A stretch of 64,000 nt of DNA from Planctomycetota bacterium (GCA_038227875.1 JBBRPR010000003.1:32001-96000); one strand, 5' to 3'. Counted from the first letter of the stretch, positions 16,763-26,278 are shown. A program made the numbers and translations. Notes: generated by a model not told the origin, from the letters alone.

Positions 16763-18790
16763 ATGAACAGGCGGTACATTGCATTCGCGTTTTTCGTGGG
16801 AATGGCGCTCGTTGGCTCGGCCTGGTCGGAAGCCGGGGAGGCGACTGTCGGCTGGCGGGGCGATGGCTCCGGTCAGTATCCCAGCGCCGATCCGCCGCTG
16901 CATTGGGGGCGGGTGAGCAAGACCGTCAAGGGCCTGCATTTTCAGGCGGCCAAGCCCAAGGATTCGGACACGGGCGCGCCGATGGCGGATGGCGTCATTC
17001 GCGAGTGGCTCGTGCTGGGACCGGTGGCGCTGCCGGAGGGCGCGAAAATCGATGACGACACGCTGCCCAACGAAACGCAACTGTCGCCGGCGGAAAATGA
17101 GAAGGCTGGTGAGGCCACGTGGAAGAAAATCCACGCCAGCACGGATTGGCTGAACTTCGCCACGCTGATCGGCAAGCCGGACAAGAGCGTCGCGTACGCC
17201 TGTTCGCATGTGTTCTCGGAAACCGGCGGCACCTTCCGCATGAACCTGACCCAGATCGGCGGCGTACGGGTGATCCTGAACGGCAAAGTGATCAAGGGGA
17301 ACAACCGCATCAAGCTCGACCTGGTCAAAGGCTGGAACACGTTGCTGCTGAAGTGCGTACCCGCCGCGACGGGCGCACAAGCGGTGTGGGCAAGTGCGGT
17401 GACTCTGCACGCGTATGCTCCGGCCGAGTATGAAAACACGAACATCGCGTGGATGACGAGCCTGCCGGGCGTGATGGGCGGATTTTATGGCGGTGGCATG
17501 GGCTGCGGCGCGCCGATCGTGGTGAACGATAAAATTTATCTGCTGAGCGAACCGTTCGACCTGATCTGCCTCAACAAGTCCGACGGCAAGATCCTGTGGG
17601 TCAAGAGCAACAGTTACTTCGACGCGGCGATCGACTCCGACAAGGCCAGCCCGTCCTACAAGGAAGCCGAGGTCCTCGCGGGGAAACTCAGCGTCATCAA
17701 CGCGAGTTTTTCCGCCGGCCCTGTGGCGCCGGCAAAGCTCGACGAAAAAACCAAGCTGGAGACCGACATCCAGCTCAAGATGCGGGGCGTCGACGTGGAC
17801 CGCTACAAGCTGCCCGAACGGTCCGACGTGGGCTATTCCGGCTTCACGCCCGTCAGCGACGGGCAGAACATTTACATCTGGCTGGGGACCGGCGTGAGCG
17901 CCTGCTACGACTTGCAGGGCAACCGCAAATGGATTCGCGTCGACAACCTGCCCAACTTCGAACACGGGGTGTCGTCATCGCCGATCCTGGTGGACGGCAA
18001 GCTGGTGGTGTTCATGCGCGATCTGATTGCGATCGACGCGAAGACAGGAAAAACCGCGTGGCAGATTCCGTTGATAAGCCGCGACGGCGCCAATCCCAAC
18101 GGCTACTTTCACGGCACGCCTCTGGCCTTGAACATTGGCGGCGTTGCGGCCATAGCACTGGGCAACGGCACCATTTTACGGGCCAGCGACGGCAAAGCGG
18201 TGTTCACCAATCCGGGCATGGGCAAGGCGGCGATCGCGTCGCCGGTGCTGGAGAAGGGAATGTTGATCCAGACCAGCTCGTGGGGCATGCAGTGCTTTAT
18301 CCATAAACTGCCCGCTGCCTTTGCCGATCCGCTGACACTGGAGACGCAATCGCTTTCGGTGGACACGCCCACGTATCCGCATTTCTACCTGCCCTGGTAC
18401 ATGGCCTCCCCGGTCGTTCACGAGGGCCTGGCGTACCTCGTGAACAACGCCGGCGTGCTGACGGTGGTGGACATCAACGCGGCCAAGGTGGTGTACCAGG
18501 AATTACTGGACCTGGATCATTTTCAGGGACCCAACGATGGCGCGGGGCGCGGAATCGGCGTGAGCCCCACGCTGGCGGGCAAGTACCTGTATTTTTTCGG
18601 AAACAACGGCGCGTCGCTGGTGGTGGAACCCGGGCGGGTCTTCAAGCAGATCGCGAAGAACAAACTCGAGAACGTGGTCGCGATCGGTCACTGGGCCGAA
18701 CGGCAGGAGCGTTTCATCGCCAATCCGGTCTTCGACGGCAAACGCGTGTACGTGCGCGGTGAGGGGACGTTGTTCGCGATCGGGCAATGA
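16763..18790 (+). CDS. Secreted PQQ-binding-like (BamB-like) beta-propeller protein with inserted beta-sandwich domain
   Basis: AGGAG RBS; signal peptide; WRGDGSG..P...PP..W; SSPILVDGKL, ASPVVHEG, YVRGEGTLFAIG. Confidence 0.8.
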   Translation: MNRRYIAFAFFVGMALVGSAWSEAGEATVGWRGDGSGQYPSADPPLHWGRVSKTVKGLHFQAAKPKDSDTGAPMADGVIREWLVLGPVALPEGAKIDDDTLPNETQLSPAENEKAGEATWKKIHASTDWLNFATLIGKPDKSVAYACSHVFSETGGTFRMNLTQIGGVRVILNGKVIKGNNRIKLDLVKGWNTLLLKCVPAATGAQAVWASAVTLHAYAPAEYENTNIAWMTSLPGVMGGFYGGGMGCGAPIVVNDKIYLLSEPFDLICLNKSDGKILWVKSNSYFDAAIDSDKASPSYKEAEVLAGKLSVINASFSAGPVAPAKLDEKTKLETDIQLKMRGVDVDRYKLPERSDVGYSGFTPVSDGQNIYIWLGTGVSACYDLQGNRKWIRVDNLPNFEHGVSSSPILVDGKLVVFMRDLIAIDAKTGKTAWQIPLISRDGANPNGYFHGTPLALNIGGVAAIALGNGTILRASDGKAVFTNPGMGKAAIASPVLEKGMLIQTSSWGMQCFIHKLPAAFADPLTLETQSLSVDTPTYPHFYLPWYMASPVVHEGLAYLVNNAGVLTVVDINAAKVVYQELLDLDHFQGPNDGAGRGIGVSPTLAGKYLYFFGNNGASLVVEPGRVFKQIAKNKLENVVAIGHWAERQERFIANPVFDGKRVYVRGEGTLFAIGQ

Positions 18791-18817
18791 GGACTTTTCC
18801 CGGCTGGCGCGTCCGCG

Positions 18818-20185
18818 TCACAGACTCTGGTACTTGAGGCAGCCGTACATCAGCATCGAGATGTTCGCGGCGAGGGCGTCGAGTTGGGGGTTGGGCTTGG
18901 CGGCGTTGACGACGTCGATGGCTTGCACGGCCTGATCGAATAAATCGTGCGCCTGCCGCAGCAGTGCGTTGCGCGGTTCGCCGCGGTCCATACTGTCGGC
19001 CAGCGCCTTGCGATACGCGACCAGGCCGTCGCGCAACGACTTCTCGGCGTTCTTCAGACGGTCGTCGGTGCTGGATGAGAGCAGGTGGGAATCGAAATTG
19101 GAGTCGTCGGATTCGGCGACGGCTTGCGGCGCGGTGGTCAGCTGCTTGAGCGACGTGGTCGGCGCGGCGGGGGCGGCCGGCGTTTCGGAGTAGGAGCTTT
19201 CATCGTTGCTCTTGTTGGCGGCGGGTTTGTCGGCGTTGGCGACATTCTGTTCCTGGCCGGCGGCGGCTCCCGGCGCGGCCGCGGCGGCGACGGCGGTGGC
19301 GGGCAGCGCGGCGATGGCTTCGGCGATGGACTTGCTGCAGTCGAGCTTCTCGGTTTCCTTCTGAATGCCTTTGAGCAGCGAGACGCGATCGTGCGACGCG
19401 GGGGGCATCGTGCCGGCCAGCGCGATCAGCTTCTTCCACGACTCCAGCACCTTCTGCGTGCCGACGCGGGCGATGTCGGGGTACGGACCTTTGAAGGCGG
19501 CGATCTGCTCGTAGATTTTGTAGGCTTCGCGGAGCTTGCCTTTCGCCAATAGCTTGTCGGCCTGAGCGAGGCTGTCCTTCATGAACGCGTTGACGTTGTC
19601 GAGCGTCAGCTTCCAGCCGCCGATCACCGAGGTCACGGCCGAGGCGGTGTCAGGAAACGACTGGCCCATGATCGCGTTGCCGTATTGATCGAGCCATGCG
19701 AGGTACGGAAACGTTTTGACGCTCAGTTGCGTGATGATTTCTTTCGCCTTCGCATCGCCGCTGCTGACGCGCACGACGGCGAAATCCTTTTTGCTCGCGG
19801 TAATGATGCTGGGCCACGATTGAAAGAGGGAGATCGCCTTGGCGTCCGCGTCGTTGCCGGCTCGGGCGATGACCAGCAGCACCGGCTTGGAGCCGCTGTT
19901 GGCGAATTGCTCCGCGCTATCGACGGAATCCTGCCACTGGATCATGCGTTCGGGGTCGTCGGCGTTGGAATTGTTGTTGTTATTGTTGTTGCCGCGGCCC
20001 ATTCCGCCGCCATTGCCGCCATTGCCGCCGCCACCGTTTCCATTCCCGCCGCCGCCATTGCCACCTCCACCGCCGCGCCCACCGCCGCCGCCACCGCCAT
20101 GGCTTGCGGCCATCACGTGGCTCGCACCGAGGGCGCAGACGAAGGCCAGGCCGACTAAGAAGGGAGAACGCAGATGCAGCAACAT
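18818..20185 (-). CDS. Secreted protein with Gly/Asn-rich N-terminus, thioredoxin-like domain (no CxxC) and helical domains
   Basis: Signal peptide, poly-G and poly-N tract, IQWQDSVDSA...KPVLLVI...VKTFPYLAWLD; GGAG RBS. Confidence 0.6.
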   Translation of the reverse strand: MLLHLRSPFLVGLAFVCALGASHVMAASHGGGGGGGRGGGGGNGGGGNGNGGGGNGGNGGGMGRGNNNNNNNSNADDPERMIQWQDSVDSAEQFANSGSKPVLLVIARAGNDADAKAISLFQSWPSIITASKKDFAVVRVSSGDAKAKEIITQLSVKTFPYLAWLDQYGNAIMGQSFPDTASAVTSVIGGWKLTLDNVNAFMKDSLAQADKLLAKGKLREAYKIYEQIAAFKGPYPDIARVGTQKVLESWKKLIALAGTMPPASHDRVSLLKGIQKETEKLDCSKSIAEAIAALPATAVAAAAAPGAAAGQEQNVANADKPAANKSNDESSYSETPAAPAAPTTSLKQLTTAPQAVAESDDSNFDSHLLSSSTDDRLKNAEKSLRDGLVAYRKALADSMDRGEPRNALLRQAHDLFDQAVQAIDVVNAAKPNPQLDALAANISMLMYGCLKYQSL

Positions 20186-20266
20186 AAGGGAGCTCCTTGT
20201 ATTTGTATCACGGCTGTAGAGCGTTTTGGGCGGGAATTGCTGCATGGATTGCGTGGGGTACGTCTG

Positions 20267-20381
20267 GCCAATTGGCTAGACGTTGGATTTTGACCAGTGG
20301 GCCAATTGGCCCGCGAGTGATACACCAGTACTTCAGGCAAATTTGCCTGAGGTAATAAACAGACTTTTTGAGCCAATTGGC
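20267..20381. promoter_or_regulatory. Cluster of palindromic operator-like sites
   Basis: GCCAATTGGC at 20267, 20301 and 20372; TCAGGCAAATTTGCCTGA at 20333-20350. Confidence 0.5.
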
Positions 20382-20391
20382 CCGCGCGAAG

Positions 20392-20967
20392 TTACTTCGC
20401 TCGCGAAGTTCGATGGTGCCGAATCGCGCGCACAAGCTTTACGCTCAGCACGAGGGCGAATGCGATTCCGAGCCAGACTTCCGGGCGGTAAAACTGGCCC
20501 CACCACCATTCGGGGAAGCGGCGGTACCAGACGCGGAAGCGGACCGGGCTCTTCCTAATGGACACTGCCATGATGCAATGGTCATCGTCTACGAATCCAT
20601 AAGGATAGTGAGTGGTACTTGGGTCATCAGCCTGACCCATCACATATTTGGAATCGCTGTCATAGTCGTATCTCGAAAAGTTGAATCCTGTTCCATTGCC
20701 ATAAAGCATTCTGTCATTCGTAAATCCTGTAAAGCAGCGTGTGCCGTCTGGGCTTCGTTGGCGCTCCCTCACATCTTTGTTCAGCCACCCCGGAAACCGT
20801 GCCTCCATTTCTGCCCAAGACATCGTCGCGTTTTCCGGCGCCCATGCATTGGTATGCACGAAACACAGCGCCCACACGGGCACCGCGAGCATCAGCAGAA
20901 TTGCGGTGCTGAGATGCAGTTGCCAGAAACGGGATTTGGGCGGGGCAAGTGGGGCGGGATCGGTCAT
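20392..20967 (-). CDS. Membrane-anchored hypothetical protein with RxWQLHLST N-terminal motif
   Basis: MTDPAPLAPPKSRFWQLHLSTAILLML then TM; C-terminal TM; ATGA overlap with upstream gene. Confidence 0.65.
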   Translation of the reverse strand: MTDPAPLAPPKSRFWQLHLSTAILLMLAVPVWALCFVHTNAWAPENATMSWAEMEARFPGWLNKDVRERQRSPDGTRCFTGFTNDRMLYGNGTGFNFSRYDYDSDSKYVMGQADDPSTTHYPYGFVDDDHCIMAVSIRKSPVRFRVWYRRFPEWWWGQFYRPEVWLGIAFALVLSVKLVRAIRHHRTSRAK

Positions 20968-21356
20968 GGCGCATTCATTTTTGGCGGAACTCTCCGCGCT
21001 TCCCGCAGGCGCACGCGGAGACGGATTTCGCTTTCGACGAAGTTGCCGCAGATGGCCATGACCGTCAGCGCGATGGTGAAATCGAACACGACGCCGAAAA
21101 TCGTCTCGCCCAGACTCACGCTCCGGCCGGGTTGAGAATCGCCGGTGTGAGTTTCGACGCTGTCGATGTTGTAAAAATGCATCGGCCAGCCGAGACCGCG
21201 TTCCTGAAAGGACCGCATGGGGCTTCCGATAATTGAGCCGCTGCGGGATGGCGTGACATTCAAGCCGACGAACACCGCGGCGAGCAACATCAACGCGAGG
21301 CCGGTGCCGAGGTGGAATTGCCAGCGCTTGTGCGGGGAACGGGGCGAGGCGTTCAT
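20964..21356 (-). CDS. Small membrane protein with RWQFHLGT N-terminal motif
   Basis: MNASPRSPHKRWQFHLGTGLALML then TM, GWP motif, second TM. Confidence 0.6.
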   Translation of the reverse strand: MNASPRSPHKRWQFHLGTGLALMLLAAVFVGLNVTPSRSGSIIGSPMRSFQERGLGWPMHFYNIDSVETHTGDSQPGRSVSLGETIFGVVFDFTIALTVMAICGNFVESEIRLRVRLREARRVPPKMNAP

Positions 21357-21522
21357 CGCGGGGTTTCCGAGGTAGGCGACTCCGGCGGGACGTCGAAGAC
21401 CAGATGCATGACGCAATTGTGGTGAGCCAATGTATCCTCACCTTCCAGTCCCGGCATTTCAACGCTTTGAACTTCAGGAATGTCTGGATGGTAGAAACAA
21501 ACACGCGGCTTGGTGCCTCGTG

Positions 21523-22230
21523 CTATAGCTTCCTTCTCGGTTCGAGGGATTTGAAACGCACGCTCCACCTCGTAAAAATACTCACTCGCGAGCAGACGTG
21601 TTTGTCCGACCTGCCGCATACTTGAACCTGCAGCGTGACATCGATCCTTATACTTCCGGGTGACCGAGGTGGAAGTCCAAGCTCAGCATTCGAACCTGGC
21701 GAAATCATCTTTACTTCGTAACGATGAATCCAAACGTGCGGCGGCGTTGCGCGCTGCAAAGTCTCGACGTAGTACTCGCTGCGCACCAATCCGTTCGATT
21801 GCCGCTGAACATCTTCGCCAATCGCTTCGATCAAATCGTTATGCCGGTTGGACAGTGCCTGGCGGAACGCGTGGTTGGGTTGCTTGCGCAGTTCGGCGAT
21901 GCGTTTTGTCAGCTCCGGATAGGCTTGATCCACTGGGTCGGCCAGCTTTTTGAGCAGTTTTTCCGCGAGGTCGGCGTCTTCGGCTTCGAGGGCGCGCACG
22001 GCTTGGGCGTAGTAGTCGCGCGTGGGCTCCAGGGGGACGAGGGGTTCGGGCTTTTCGGCGACGACGAGCGTTGGGGTTTCGGCGGACTTACTCTCGGGCG
22101 GTTGCACGGCGGCGCGCTGGAATTTCTCTTCCACGCGGATCAGCGTGGGCGCGAGTTGCAGCAACGCGGCCACTCCGGTGATCACGGCAAGACCGGCCAG
22201 CAACGCCGCGGCTCCGCGCGAGAGTTTCAT
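21523..22230 (-). CDS. Hypothetical protein with N-terminal membrane anchor and a TPR-like helix pair
   Basis: Hydrophobic N-terminus; YYAQAVRALEAEDADLAEKLLKK. Confidence 0.55.
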   Translation of the reverse strand: MKLSRGAAALLAGLAVITGVAALLQLAPTLIRVEEKFQRAAVQPPESKSAETPTLVVAEKPEPLVPLEPTRDYYAQAVRALEAEDADLAEKLLKKLADPVDQAYPELTKRIAELRKQPNHAFRQALSNRHNDLIEAIGEDVQRQSNGLVRSEYYVETLQRATPPHVWIHRYEVKMISPGSNAELGLPPRSPGSIRIDVTLQVQVCGRSDKHVCSRVSIFTRWSVRFKSLEPRRKL

Positions 22231-22281
22231 GGTTGAAGGGTAGCACTTTTACAGGCGGAAGTCACGGGGGCAGGCGGGGCT

Positions 22282-22405
22282 TTTGTAGTCCGGGCGGCTC
22301 GCCCGGAATCTCTTTCCTTTGCTGTCGCGGTAGATCTGGCGCAAAGCGGAAGTGAATCTCTCATCACTTTGATTGAGACTCCGGGCGGGACGCCCGGACT
22401 ACAAA
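22282..22405. repeat. GTAG-type REP doublet (REPIN-like)
   Basis: TTTGTAGTCCGGGCGGCTCGCCCGGA (22282-22307) and inverted TCCGGGCGGGACGCCCGGACTACAAA (22380-22405). Confidence 0.75.
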
Positions 22406-22459
22406 GGGCGCGCGAAGTGCTTCGACGGCTGCGCACATTCCTGTAGAACAATGCGCTCA

Positions 22460-23839
22460 ATGGATTCTGCAACCTCCGCCTCGTCTCCCCTTTCCGCTTC
22501 GGCGCCGCCGATTGCGTTTGGCGATGCGTTTTTGTTCTGGCTCAAGTTGGGGTTCATCAGTTTCGGCGGGCCGGCGGGGCAGATTGCGATCATGCATCGC
22601 GAGCTGGTCGAGCGGCGCCGCTGGATCAGCGAAGGGCGCTTTCTTCATGCGCTGAATTACTGCATGGTGCTGCCGGGGCCCGAGGCGACGCAGCTGGCGA
22701 TCTATATCGGCTGGCTGATGCACGGCACGCTGGGCGGCGTGGTCGCCGGCGTCTGTTTCGTGCTCCCGGGCGCGCTGCTGCTGGTGCTGCTGAGCTACAT
22801 CTACGTCGTCTACCATCAGGTCACGTTCATCGCGTCGGTGCTCTTCGGTTTCAAAGCGGCGGTGATCGTGCTGGTGCTCGGCGCGCTGCAGCGCATCGGC
22901 AAGCGCGCGATACGCTCGGTCTCGTTCGCGGTGATCGCGTTACTAGCTTTGGTGATGATGTATTTCGCGATTCCGTTTCCGGCGATTCTGCTGACGGCCG
23001 GCCTGATCGGCTGGGTGGGTCCGAAGTTCTCGAAAAATCTGTTCCCGGCAGCGAAGAAAGCGGCGCATGGACCGGCCGCAAGCGGGGGCGCGCCGCATGA
23101 GCGGACGTTCATTGACGACGACACCCCCACCCCGCCCCACGCACGGATCGACCGGCGGCGGCTGGCGGGGATGTCCGGGATTTTCGCGGTGCTACTTTTC
23201 GGGCCATTGGTGCTACTTGAATTACTGCTCGGTCACGACCACATTTTTTCGCAGATGGGACGCTTCTTCACCATCGCGTCGTTTTCGACCATCGGCGGCG
23301 CGTACGCGGTGCTGCCGTATGTCACCGACATGTCGACGCGCGTTTACGGGTGGCTGAATCCCGGCGAGATGATGAGCGGCCTGGCGCTGGGCGAAACGAC
23401 GCCCGGGCCGCTGATCCTGGTGCTAACGTTTGTGGGGTTCGTCGGCGGATGGAACTGGAACGCGCTGCAACACACACAGGGGCTCGCGGCGCCGCTGGCG
23501 GGCGCGGGGATCGCGACGTACTTTACGTTTCTGCCGTCGTTTCTGTTCATCCTGATCGGCGGGCCGTTCGTGGAGAGCACGCGCAACGAGATCGCGATCG
23601 GCGCGGTGTTGTCGTGCATCACGGCGGCGGTGGTGGGCGCGATTGTGAACATGGAGATGTTCTTCACGGCGCAGTTCCTCTTTCCGCAACACGTTTTTGA
23701 CATCAAAGCGCTGGTGCTGGTCGCGCTGGCGGCGGCGGCGCTGTTCTGGCGGAAGTGGGAACCGATGGCAATTGTCGGCGCGTGCGGGGCGTTCGGTGTA
23801 CTCGATTACGTGCTGCGCGCACTCAATTGGATTCCATAA
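22460..23839 (+). CDS. chrA: Chromate efflux transporter (long-chain CHR family)
   Basis: KLGFISFGGPAGQIA, LPGPEATQLA, GGAYAVLPY, GETTPGPLI. Confidence 0.92.
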   Translation: MDSATSASSPLSASAPPIAFGDAFLFWLKLGFISFGGPAGQIAIMHRELVERRRWISEGRFLHALNYCMVLPGPEATQLAIYIGWLMHGTLGGVVAGVCFVLPGALLLVLLSYIYVVYHQVTFIASVLFGFKAAVIVLVLGALQRIGKRAIRSVSFAVIALLALVMMYFAIPFPAILLTAGLIGWVGPKFSKNLFPAAKKAAHGPAASGGAPHERTFIDDDTPTPPHARIDRRRLAGMSGIFAVLLFGPLVLLELLLGHDHIFSQMGRFFTIASFSTIGGAYAVLPYVTDMSTRVYGWLNPGEMMSGLALGETTPGPLILVLTFVGFVGGWNWNALQHTQGLAAPLAGAGIATYFTFLPSFLFILIGGPFVESTRNEIAIGAVLSCITAAVVGAIVNMEMFFTAQFLFPQHVFDIKALVLVALAAAALFWRKWEPMAIVGACGAFGVLDYVLRALNWIP

Positions 23840-23857
23840 TGTAACGGAGAACTATTC

Positions 23858-25060
23858 ATGGCCGTCGACAACCAACGCCTGGTCACGCTGGTCAACGCGA
23901 TGATTCACGGCGTCCACTGGGGACAGGTGCTGCGGCAGGAGCGCGCGCCGATCAAGGGCGACGCGGAATTGTTCGGCCCCGGCGCGCTCAGCCTGGCGCG
24001 GGTGAAGGAGCTCCACGAGAGCTTCAAGCAACTCGCGACGATGCCGACCGAGCAGCTCGTGGCGTGGTCGCGCGGCGAGATTTTCCCGAACGTCGAGAAG
24101 CTCGTCGCCGGACTGCTCGCGGAGCCGATTCCCGATTCGCCGCGCCTGCCGGTGAACGTGATGATCGCGTACATGAAACGGCGGCTGACCGGGCCGGAGG
24201 AATTTTTCGTCCGCGCCGTCGCCAATCTCGTGCAGTTGTGTTTGGAGATCGACCACGACGGCACGTACCTGCAGGATCTGCTGCGGCTGTACATCGCGGT
24301 GGGCGTGAAGCAGCTGAGCCTTCCCGAAGACGACGCGGGCCAGATCGCTGCCGGCCGCGAACTGTCGCCGCTCTGCGCGCCCGCGCCGTTCGACACCGAC
24401 CCCGACGCCTTCCACGCGATTTTTCAGAAGCTGGTCTGGTGGGTCCAGAAGAATAGCGGCCAACGCGACCGCTTCACGCTCGCGCGCGAATTGTCGGAAG
24501 ATCCCGAGATCAAGCCCCTGCTGCCGAAACTCGCCGCGCTCCCGCCGCGCCGCGTCGCGATTCTCGGGCATTCGATGACGATGAGTCTGCACTGGTCTAC
24601 GTTCGGTTCGTGGTGCGACATCGCCGGCGAAGTGGTGAAGCTCGTGAATCCACATTACGAAGCGAAAGGATTTCAGTCCGGCGGCCTGACGCCGGAACGC
24701 GCCGTGATCGAACATCTGGCCAATGTACTCGCGTACAAACCGGACGAAACGTACATCCTTGTCGCCACGCGCCTGCCCAAGGACCGTGAACCGTTCGACC
24801 AAATCGTCCGCGAGCTCCGCGCGGCGGGCAGCAAGGTGTTCATCGTCGACGACGTCCGCCCATTCTTACCGCAAGACCCCGCCGTCCAGAATTTCCTGAA
24901 AGAGCTCTGCCAGAAACACGGCGCGACGCTGCTGGAATACTGGTCGCTGGGCCAGACGCAGAATTTCCACGCGTGGGAGTGCCTGGACGATATTCATATG
25001 CTGACGGATGGGCACGTGTTTTATGCGAAGGAGACGTTGAAGCGGTGGGAGAAACTCTAA
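23858..25060 (+). CDS. Protein with helical N-terminal domain and C-terminal SGNH/GDSL-like hydrolase domain
   Basis: RVAILGHSMT (block I-like) and DDIH (DxxH); GGAG RBS. Confidence 0.6.
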   Translation: MAVDNQRLVTLVNAMIHGVHWGQVLRQERAPIKGDAELFGPGALSLARVKELHESFKQLATMPTEQLVAWSRGEIFPNVEKLVAGLLAEPIPDSPRLPVNVMIAYMKRRLTGPEEFFVRAVANLVQLCLEIDHDGTYLQDLLRLYIAVGVKQLSLPEDDAGQIAAGRELSPLCAPAPFDTDPDAFHAIFQKLVWWVQKNSGQRDRFTLARELSEDPEIKPLLPKLAALPPRRVAILGHSMTMSLHWSTFGSWCDIAGEVVKLVNPHYEAKGFQSGGLTPERAVIEHLANVLAYKPDETYILVATRLPKDREPFDQIVRELRAAGSKVFIVDDVRPFLPQDPAVQNFLKELCQKHGATLLEYWSLGQTQNFHAWECLDDIHMLTDGHVFYAKETLKRWEKL

Positions 25061-25216
25061 TCTCACGCAAAGCCGCAAAGACGCAAAGAACGGCAACAGC
25101 AAAGAACAGAAAGAACAGATTGTAGCGAAGTCACATTCGGCTGGGGCCAGGCAACTCCTCGGACCAAAATCCAAATAAGTTGCAGTTCTTTGCGTCTTTG
25201 CGGCTTTGCGTGAGAT
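25060..25216. repeat. MITE-like element bounded by perfect 32-bp inverted repeats built of (CGCAAAGN)x3
   Basis: TCTCACGCAAAGCCGCAAAGACGCAAAGAA ... TTCTTTGCGTCTTTGCGGCTTTGCGTGAGA. Confidence 0.8.
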
Positions 25217-25223
25217 CTAAAAA

Positions 25224-26015
25224 CTACTCTTTTGCCAATTCCGACGAGAGCGTCTTCAAGAACGCGCCAAACTGAACTTCGTTCCGCTTGTCGATTTCGA
25301 CGAGCGTTTCGTGGGCCTTGAGGATCAGGCGGCGGCGTTCGTTGGCGGGGATGTTTTTTTCGGGGAGGATGGTCATCTCGAGCTGGCCCAGGTCGCAGGA
25401 GCCGCGCATCTTGACGAATTTGTCAACGCCCAGCATCGCCATGAGATCCTGAACGTGCGAGGGGACGTTGACGGCGCTGATCACGCCCTGGGCGGAATCG
25501 GCGGCATCCGGTTCGGGCGTGCGCACGGGTTCGGAGGTCAGGATTTTTGCACCCCCGCTGCCGCTGCCGGTTCCCGAATCGACTTCGCCGTCGCCCATCG
25601 TTTCACGCAGCGCGCGGGCGGCTTCTTCGGGCGTGAGCGGGACCAGATCGTCCTCGACATCCCCGGCGGCGGCCGAACGCGCGGCCGGTTCATCGTGCGG
25701 CGGAGCGGGACGGCGGCGGGGTTTGTCGACGACTTTCTGCAGAGATCCGGATTCGGAAGCGACGGACGCGTGCATGCCGACCATCACGCCCATAAAGGTG
25801 CTGTCGAGGCCCTGGCAGCGTTCCATGTCGAAGACGAAGCGGCTGAAGCCAGCCTTGCGCTGCTCATCGGCGAAATCCGCCAGCGCGGGCGCGTTGACCA
25901 TGTTGCCCTTCCCCACCACGCGGATGACCACGAGGTCCGAGCCGCGGGCAACCGCGATGAAATTCCGGCTGGCGTTGGCAGAGGAGGATGATGACGAATC
26001 GGATCGGCTGGGCAT
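25224..26015 (-). CDS. STAS-domain anti-sigma-factor antagonist with long disordered insertion
   Basis: VIRVVGKG, FDMERCQGLDSTFMG (phospho-Ser site), LMAMLGVDK, ILKAHETL. Confidence 0.8.
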   Translation of the reverse strand: MPSRSDSSSSSSANASRNFIAVARGSDLVVIRVVGKGNMVNAPALADFADEQRKAGFSRFVFDMERCQGLDSTFMGVMVGMHASVASESGSLQKVVDKPRRRPAPPHDEPAARSAAAGDVEDDLVPLTPEEAARALRETMGDGEVDSGTGSGSGGAKILTSEPVRTPEPDAADSAQGVISAVNVPSHVQDLMAMLGVDKFVKMRGSCDLGQLEMTILPEKNIPANERRRLILKAHETLVEIDKRNEVQFGAFLKTLSSELAKE

Positions 26016-26220
26016 GTTCCTGCTAAGTCTCGCTGTTCTCGTCGCAGTAAACAACTATGCCACTGAACGCGGGAATGTCCAGTACGGCGTAGCGGCGAAT
26101 GATGAAGCCCTGGCCGCGAGGTGGGTGAGCGCAGCGAATTCGAACCTCATCGGTTCGCGGGTTAATGTTGACCACGCATTGAACGGAATTCGCCGTTATC
26201 GACATTCGCAAGTCCTGCCT

Positions 26221-26249
26221 TTGAAAACCCCGGGCATTTTTGCTATACT
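26221..26249 (+). promoter_or_regulatory. Putative sigma70 promoter with extended -10
   Basis: TTGAAA-N17-TATACT preceded by TGn; 30 bp before GTG 26279. Confidence 0.6.
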
Positions 26250-26278
26250 TCCGTTCGGCTTTGTTTATGGAGGTTCTT

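Noticed and set aside
19970..20100. GCC/GTT trinucleotide runs as a contingency locus
   Set aside because: In-frame, imperfect Gly/Asn codon runs encoding a low-complexity linker
20392..21504. 370-aa ORF as a single gene
   Set aside because: The upstream half is an Arg-rich alternate frame over the 20964..21356 gene; the credible start is ATG 20967
26090..26170. Possible tRNA/ncRNA in the STAS-DUF3788 intergenic region (contains TTCGAA)
   Set aside because: No cloverleaf, acceptor stem or recognisable RNA family could be built by eye
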